Source: Candidatus Micrarchaeota archaeon
Lineage (GTDB): Archaea > Micrarchaeota > Micrarchaeia > Norongarragalinales > SBBD01
Length of the DNA: 10,428 nucleotides
NCBI GenBank assembly: GCA_043813365.1
Contig: JBDRLB010000033.1
Coordinates: 1-10,428 of the forward strand
Direction of reading: 5' to 3'
Part shown: positions 6,470 through 10,428 of the stretch, one piece after another
Position numbering within the stretch: position 1 is the stretch's first letter
Layout of the letters: each line of letters begins with the position of its first letter
Program-made: the position numbers and the translations under genes
Notes under the pieces: generated by a model
Told to the model about the DNA's origin: nothing
The model's input: the letters and a program-made list of their open reading frames with translations, nothing else
Databases searched by the model: none

Positions 6470-7114
6470 CTATTCTTCCTCCCAAACTTTGCTTGATTTT
6501 TTACGATCACCTAAGGGATGATCATGGCGTTCAAAATCAACAGGGCGATCGAACCCTTCGTCTGCCAGATACAATCCAAGTTGACGACGTGCCCTATTCA
6601 TCCGAGACTTTACTGTGCCACGAGGGATACTGAGCATACTCGCAATATCCTTATCAAGAAAGCCCGCATTATCCAGCTCGAAAACTGAGTGGAAAAGGGG
6701 ATGATTTTTACGAAGTCTATTTATTGCTCGGCCAAGTGCATTGCCGAGTATGGCGTTCGTCCTCTCGCCTTCAGCAGTCAACTGGCGAGGGTATAAAGAA
6801 CCTATAACATCGCATTGCGAAGCTCGTAATTTTTGCTCGGTCTTGATTGCCCTCGAAATATTTTGTTTGTTCATCACGGCTAGGCCCGTAATAAATGTTC
6901 TGAAAGGGGCAACTTTTGGGTCCCATTTTTCAAGGGAATGCGGCACATTGTCCAATATGCGATCCAAATACCGTTGTAAATGATATCCGTCCCTGCCATT
7001 AAAGGCTCGTAACAAAAATTTTTCCAAATATGGTCGAAGCGCCATATGCAGCTCGCCAAACTCGCCGGTTGCCCTTGCCTTAAGCGCCAATTCGTTTATC
7101 TGTCTGGCATTCAT
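6470..7114 (-). CDS. Sigma-70 ECF-family sigma-factor-like protein (regions 2 and 4)
   Basis: Region-2-like FGELH..LRPYL and WDPKVAPFRTFITGLAVMN. Strong region 4 HTH signature KDIASMLSIPRGTVKSRMNRARRQL. The 214-aa length is typical of ECF sigmas. Confidence 0.8.
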   Translation of the reverse strand: MNARQINELALKARATGEFGELHMALRPYLEKFLLRAFNGRDGYHLQRYLDRILDNVPHSLEKWDPKVAPFRTFITGLAVMNKQNISRAIKTEQKLRASQCDVIGSLYPRQLTAEGERTNAILGNALGRAINRLRKNHPLFHSVFELDNAGFLDKDIASMLSIPRGTVKSRMNRARRQLGLYLADEGFDRPVDFERHDHPLGDRKKSSKVWEEE

Positions 7115-7135
7115 TTGTCGGTCTACCTAAAAAGG

Positions 7136-7768
7136 TTATGCAGTTTTCGCCTCCTCCTCGTGATGCTTCGGTTCCTCCTTTTTCACTTCCGGATGCGGAA
7201 CATCCTTGTGCTCCGGCTTGGGTTCCGTTTTTGGATTCGCGGGTTCTCTCCTCTCCTGGGGCACAAACGGCCCTCTCCTATCCGGCCGGTCCATCATCCC
7301 GCCTTCCGCGCGAAGATCAATCACAATGTCGGCAGAATTCTTAAGAGCGGATGAAAAATCAGGTTCCGTTCCAACAACTATGGTGTCCTTCCCGTGCTCC
7401 TTCGCCTTTGTGAGAACTGGTTTGAAATCCGAATCGCGGGAAACAATTGCAATCGTGTCAATATGCGGCGAGAACATGTACTCAGCAGCTTCTAGCGCGA
7501 GCGCAACATCAACATCGGAAGGTATGATGACAACATCATAACCCTGGTTTGTCACCGCCTCGATCAGCTTGTCCGAAGCGAACTGGTCCAGGAATACTTT
7601 CGCGACTTTGATTTTCCCGTATTTCTGGAGCTTCTTTTTCACCTTGTCCAAATCGATGCCGAGCTCCTTGCGGATCATGTTCGGCCCGTCAACTAGGGCT
7701 GCAATATTCTTTTCCTTGGGCTTCTTGACCATCTCCTTGATCTGGTCAAGCACATTTGGCATTGCCAT
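7136..7768 (-). CDS. NYN (PIN-like/LabA-DUF88) domain protein, TIGR00288 type, with charged low-complexity C-terminal tail
   Basis: Motifs LVDGPNMIRKE, SDVDVALALEA, SRDSDFKP, GK.TIVVG.EP.FS.ALKNSAD. Start placed at ATG 7768 with AGGTGG 5 nt upstream (ATG 7762 also possible). Confidence 0.9.
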   Translation of the reverse strand: MAMPNVLDQIKEMVKKPKEKNIAALVDGPNMIRKELGIDLDKVKKKLQKYGKIKVAKVFLDQFASDKLIEAVTNQGYDVVIIPSDVDVALALEAAEYMFSPHIDTIAIVSRDSDFKPVLTKAKEHGKDTIVVGTEPDFSSALKNSADIVIDLRAEGGMMDRPDRRGPFVPQERREPANPKTEPKPEHKDVPHPEVKKEEPKHHEEEAKTA

Positions 7769-7782
7769 GACGACCACCTATC

Positions 7783-7820
7783 GAAATAATGGAAATAATG
7801 GAAAATATGGAAATATTTCC
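7783..7820. repeat. Four degenerate 9-bp tandem units ending in the perfect palindrome GGAAATATTTCC
   Basis: GAAATAATG (7783), GAAATAATG (7792), GAAAATATG (7801), GAAATATTT (7810). The palindrome spans 7809-7820. Confidence 0.8.
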
Positions 7821-7829
7821 GCACGAGGG

Positions 7830-7837
7830 TATTTATA
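7830..7837 (-). promoter_or_regulatory. Putative TATA box for the NYN (and possibly sigma-like) transcript
   Basis: TATAAATA on the - strand about 60 nt upstream of the NYN start. BRE is not obvious. Confidence 0.45.
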
Positions 7838-7851
7838 GCCGTGGGGTTGCC

Positions 7852-8415
7852 TCAAAGCCCGTAAAGCGCTAGGTAAACGGAGAACGCGTTGTAGAACATG
7901 TGCGCAAAAATCGGAGTGGCGATGCTCCTGTATTTCTGCACATAATACCCTAATATGCCTCCCAGCAGAATGGCGCCAAGCAGCTCCGTAACCGAGCCGT
8001 AAATGAAATGGAAGCTGCCGAACAATAATGCGGTAACGGGAAGGCCCAGTTTCCTCTGCACAAAGCCCCTGAAGAAAATTTCCTCAGCGACGGGCGCAAC
8101 AAACACGGCTGCAATGATGAATATCTGCGGTTGCTGCCTAATTATCTCCTGCACTTTCTGCGAGTCAAGGAATCCGAGGAAATACAAGGCTATGGACAAA
8201 AGGATGGTCATGAAAACCATCAGCAGGAAAAGCACGAACGCCCTTGCTAGCGTTGAAATGAATTTTTTCGGGGGGATGAAATCCTCCCGGTTCAACCGCA
8301 CATATCCAAGCATTTTCTGGAATTTGAATCCCCGGAATTTCATTAGCAGGAATGGGAAAATAAGGAAAAAAAGCGGAAGCCCGAATATCCTCGCAAGCTC
8401 GTCTTCCGTTGCCAT
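7852..8415 (-). CDS. CPBP family (CAAX protease/Abi) intramembrane metalloprotease
   Basis: Multi-TM protein with APVAEEIFFRG, LFGSFH and AHMFYN motifs. Confidence 0.92.
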   Translation of the reverse strand: MATEDELARIFGLPLFFLIFPFLLMKFRGFKFQKMLGYVRLNREDFIPPKKFISTLARAFVLFLLMVFMTILLSIALYFLGFLDSQKVQEIIRQQPQIFIIAAVFVAPVAEEIFFRGFVQRKLGLPVTALLFGSFHFIYGSVTELLGAILLGGILGYYVQKYRSIATPIFAHMFYNAFSVYLALYGL

Positions 8416-8428
8416 CTAACCGACCTGT

Positions 8429-9745
8429 TTATTCCCCAAGTACCACTTTGATCTTGTCCGGCTTCCGGGTGATGTTGCCCGCCCGTATGCCTACTGCGAA
8501 TTGCACGCCCTTTTGCTCGGAAAGGTCAAGCAGGCGTTGGGTCACAATGCCATCCAATACAACCCCGAACACGCCTTCCGACTCCGAAAGCACCTTGATG
8601 ATCTCCCGTATGGGTGCTTCCCCAATGGATTGCAGGTCTGCATTGTAAAGTTTCGCCTTCAGCGAACCCTCAAGCTCCTTCAACTGGCCCCTGAAGAAAC
8701 CGACTTTCGCCTCATCCTCAGGTGAAAGCTGCTCCTGCACTAGCTGCGCAGGCGCGCTCTCCTGCCTTGGTTCCGTTGGCTGCTGCGGCTCCTGCTGAAC
8801 CACCTTGACAGGCTGGCTTCCTGCTGGCATCACTTTCTGGTACCAGCCCTCCTCACGCTTTTTCTCGAACCGCTTCTTGAAATCATACCGGTTTTCCCGA
8901 TCACTGATCTGCTCTTTCAGCTCGGTCTCCGCCTGTTCAACCGGCACCTTCCTTCTCAGGGCCATGATGATTTCCTTGCGCGTAAGCTCCTCAACTTCCT
9001 TGCCTGCAGGGGCCCTTGCAACGAAATCTACGCTGGTTGCATGCAACATCTCCCTAAGGATAATGTCCCCGCCGCGGTCGCCATCCAAAAACAGCGTCGC
9101 ATCCTTCTGCTGCCCAAGCTCGATGATGGTTTTGCCGACATTGGCGCCACCTATTGCAACGACGTTCTTGATGCCGTTCTTCAGGAGGTTCACAACATCA
9201 GCGCGTCCCTCGACGATGATGATCTGCTCGCTCTTCTCTATTTCTGGCCCGCAAGGAAGCTTGTCCTCTCCCCAAGTGGCAACCTCTGCCACCTTCACTT
9301 CGGCGCGCACCATCTCCGCAAGCTCCTTGCTCTCCGGAATCTCATCTACAATGACATTCTTCAGCAATGCCTTTGCACGTTCAAGGAGCATCTTCCTCTT
9401 AAGGTTCCTCGTATCCTCGATTTTTTCAGTATTGATCCTCGCCTCGCACGGCCCCACCCTGTCAACAATTTCCAAACTTGCCGCAAGTATGGAAGTTTCC
9501 ACCATGTCGAGGGAAGAAGGTATCAGTATGTTCCCGAAGCTCTTCCCGCCCCTCATCTGCACGTTCACTTCGATGCGGCCGATGCGGCCGTTCTTCTGCA
9601 GCTCCCGGAGGTCAAGCTCGTCTCCCAGCAGCCCTTCAGTCTGGCCGAAAATCGCGCCCACGATGTCGGGCTTCTCAACTATGCCATCAATCTCGAAATT
9701 CGCCTTCACCAGATACTTCACGGTATCTATGTAAGTCTTTCCCAT
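8429..9745 (-). CDS. dnaG: Archaeal DnaG (TOPRIM primase-like, exosome-associated), 438 aa
   Basis: VEKPDIVGAIFGQTEGLLGDELDLRELQKNGRIGRI, DRVGPC, TOPRIM IIVEGRADV and DGDRGG, RAPAGKEVEEL, and C-terminal DGIVTQRLLD. Start moved from 9841 to ATG 9745 (MGKTYIDTVKY), preceded by AAGGTGG. Confidence 0.96.
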   Translation of the reverse strand: MGKTYIDTVKYLVKANFEIDGIVEKPDIVGAIFGQTEGLLGDELDLRELQKNGRIGRIEVNVQMRGGKSFGNILIPSSLDMVETSILAASLEIVDRVGPCEARINTEKIEDTRNLKRKMLLERAKALLKNVIVDEIPESKELAEMVRAEVKVAEVATWGEDKLPCGPEIEKSEQIIIVEGRADVVNLLKNGIKNVVAIGGANVGKTIIELGQQKDATLFLDGDRGGDIILREMLHATSVDFVARAPAGKEVEELTRKEIIMALRRKVPVEQAETELKEQISDRENRYDFKKRFEKKREEGWYQKVMPAGSQPVKVVQQEPQQPTEPRQESAPAQLVQEQLSPEDEAKVGFFRGQLKELEGSLKAKLYNADLQSIGEAPIREIIKVLSESEGVFGVVLDGIVTQRLLDLSEQKGVQFAVGIRAGNITRKPDKIKVVLGE

Positions 9746-9899
9746 TTTTTCCACCTTATCATGTTTTTTTAAGCGCAATGAAAAACGGCTTATACAGCGG
9801 GCAAAAAAGCGCCCATCCGCAAAAATCCGCCTCTTTCGCATTTTTTATTTTTTTCCAATTATGGCTCATTTTAGCGGAAAAAATCTGCAGAATTAGCGC

Positions 9900-9980
9900 T
9901 TTTAGAGCCCTATGCATTGTTGACGTCCCTTTCATCCGTAATGTCAGGGAGCCATCCATGCACAAAGGCTTCTCCTAAAA
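9900..9980 (-). ncRNA. Candidate structured RNA (long imperfect hairpin) upstream of dnaG
   Basis: Nested pairing on the - strand: UUUUAG/CUAAAA, AGCCU/GGGCU, UGUGCAU/AUGCAUA, UGGC/GUCA, UCCCU/AGGGA, CAU/AUG, loop UACGG. Three G-U pairs work only on the - strand. Family not recognised. Confidence 0.45.
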
Positions 9981-10029
9981 CCTTCTCCTCTAGCCAAGGA
10001 AAAATGCGCACCCGAAAAATCCTGCCCGG

Positions 10030-10044
10030 TTAAAAAACGCTTTC
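10030..10044 (-). promoter_or_regulatory. Putative BRE/TATA promoter for the hairpin-dnaG transcript
   Basis: The - strand reads GAAAGCG-TTTTTTAA, about 50 nt upstream of the hairpin. Confidence 0.35.
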
Positions 10045-10095
10045 CCGCCCATCAAAGGTTCCGTTCTTTTGTATCAAACGTGATTGCAACTAATT

Positions 10096-10428
10096 CTACT
10101 TCAAATGGCCTTCGACCTTTTCCGCTATCAGGTCATATAGGCTCGGGGATATCTTGACAATGTCCTTCTCCGAAAGGATCCCGACCACTTTGTCCCCTTT
10201 GAACACGACCAGCCTCCTCAGGTCCTCATTCCCCATGAGCTTTGCAGCCTCGGAAATGTCTGAGTCTGGCTCGATGCCAATGAGCGGCTTGCTGATGTAC
10301 TTGGTGATCTTCGTCTTTGCGGGTGCACCCGTTGCGAGTGCCTCCTCCACCAGGTCTCGATCCGTGAGAATGCCGTAGATGCGCTTTTCCTTGTCGTGGA
10401 TGAGCACGCTTCCGATATTCCTGGATTT
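10096..10428 (-). CDS. CBS-domain pair protein, 3' part (start lies beyond the window)
   Basis: The frame is open to the window end (KSRNIGSVLIHD...). CBS motifs GILTDRDLV, EAAKLM..EDLRRLVV, VVGILSEKDIV. Confidence 0.9.
   Translation of the reverse strand, partial: KSRNIGSVLIHDKEKRIYGILTDRDLVEEALATGAPAKTKITKYISKPLIGIEPDSDISEAAKLMGNEDLRRLVVFKGDKVVGILSEKDIVKISPSLYDLIAEKVEGHLK

Noticed and set aside
7783..7820. CRISPR array
   Set aside because: The units are 9 bp and contiguous, with no spacers and no cas genes.
9746..9841. N-terminal extension of DnaG
   Set aside because: ATG 9745 has a strong AAGGTGG SD and a family-like N-terminus. The extension is A/T-run intergenic sequence.
9759..9965. 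68-aa - strand ORF upstream of dnaG
   Set aside because: TTG start and no protein-like features; the region is better explained as a structured RNA. An upstream AGGAG means a uORF cannot be fully excluded.
8805..9978. Long + strand ORFs (8805..9734, 9041..9772, 9478..9978)
   Set aside because: Antisense shadows of dnaG with no recognisable motifs.
9900..9980. SECIS element, tRNA or SRP RNA
   Set aside because: No archaeal SECIS GAA/A motif with GC apical stem and no UGA-interrupted gene nearby. No cloverleaf or SRP helix-8 motif.

Overview
Archaeal window, probably DPANN-like (inferred from the archaeal DnaG, TIGR00288-type NYN protein, BRE/TATA promoters and GGTG-type Shine-Dalgarno motifs). 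The + strand holds a compact cluster: nrdR, then nrdJ (class II, B12-dependent ribonucleotide reductase with an ATP-cone), a DUF4430/transcobalamin-beta-like lipoprotein, a membrane-tethered alpha6/alpha6-barrel (prenyltransferase-repeat) surface protein, and a CbrT-like ECF S-component. It is preceded by a BRE/TATA promoter overlaid by three NrdR-box-like sites in exact 32-bp register. The best candidate for a new system is this NrdR-controlled cobalamin capture and uptake module, which resembles a 'split transcobalamin' coupled to its B12-dependent client enzyme. Converging on it from the - strand are a partial CBS-domain gene, dnaG, a CPBP protease, a NYN protein and a bacterial-type ECF sigma-70-like gene, which is unexpected in an archaeon. 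Upstream of dnaG is an unexplained 81-nt strand-specific RNA hairpin. All calls come from motif reading only; no searches were run.
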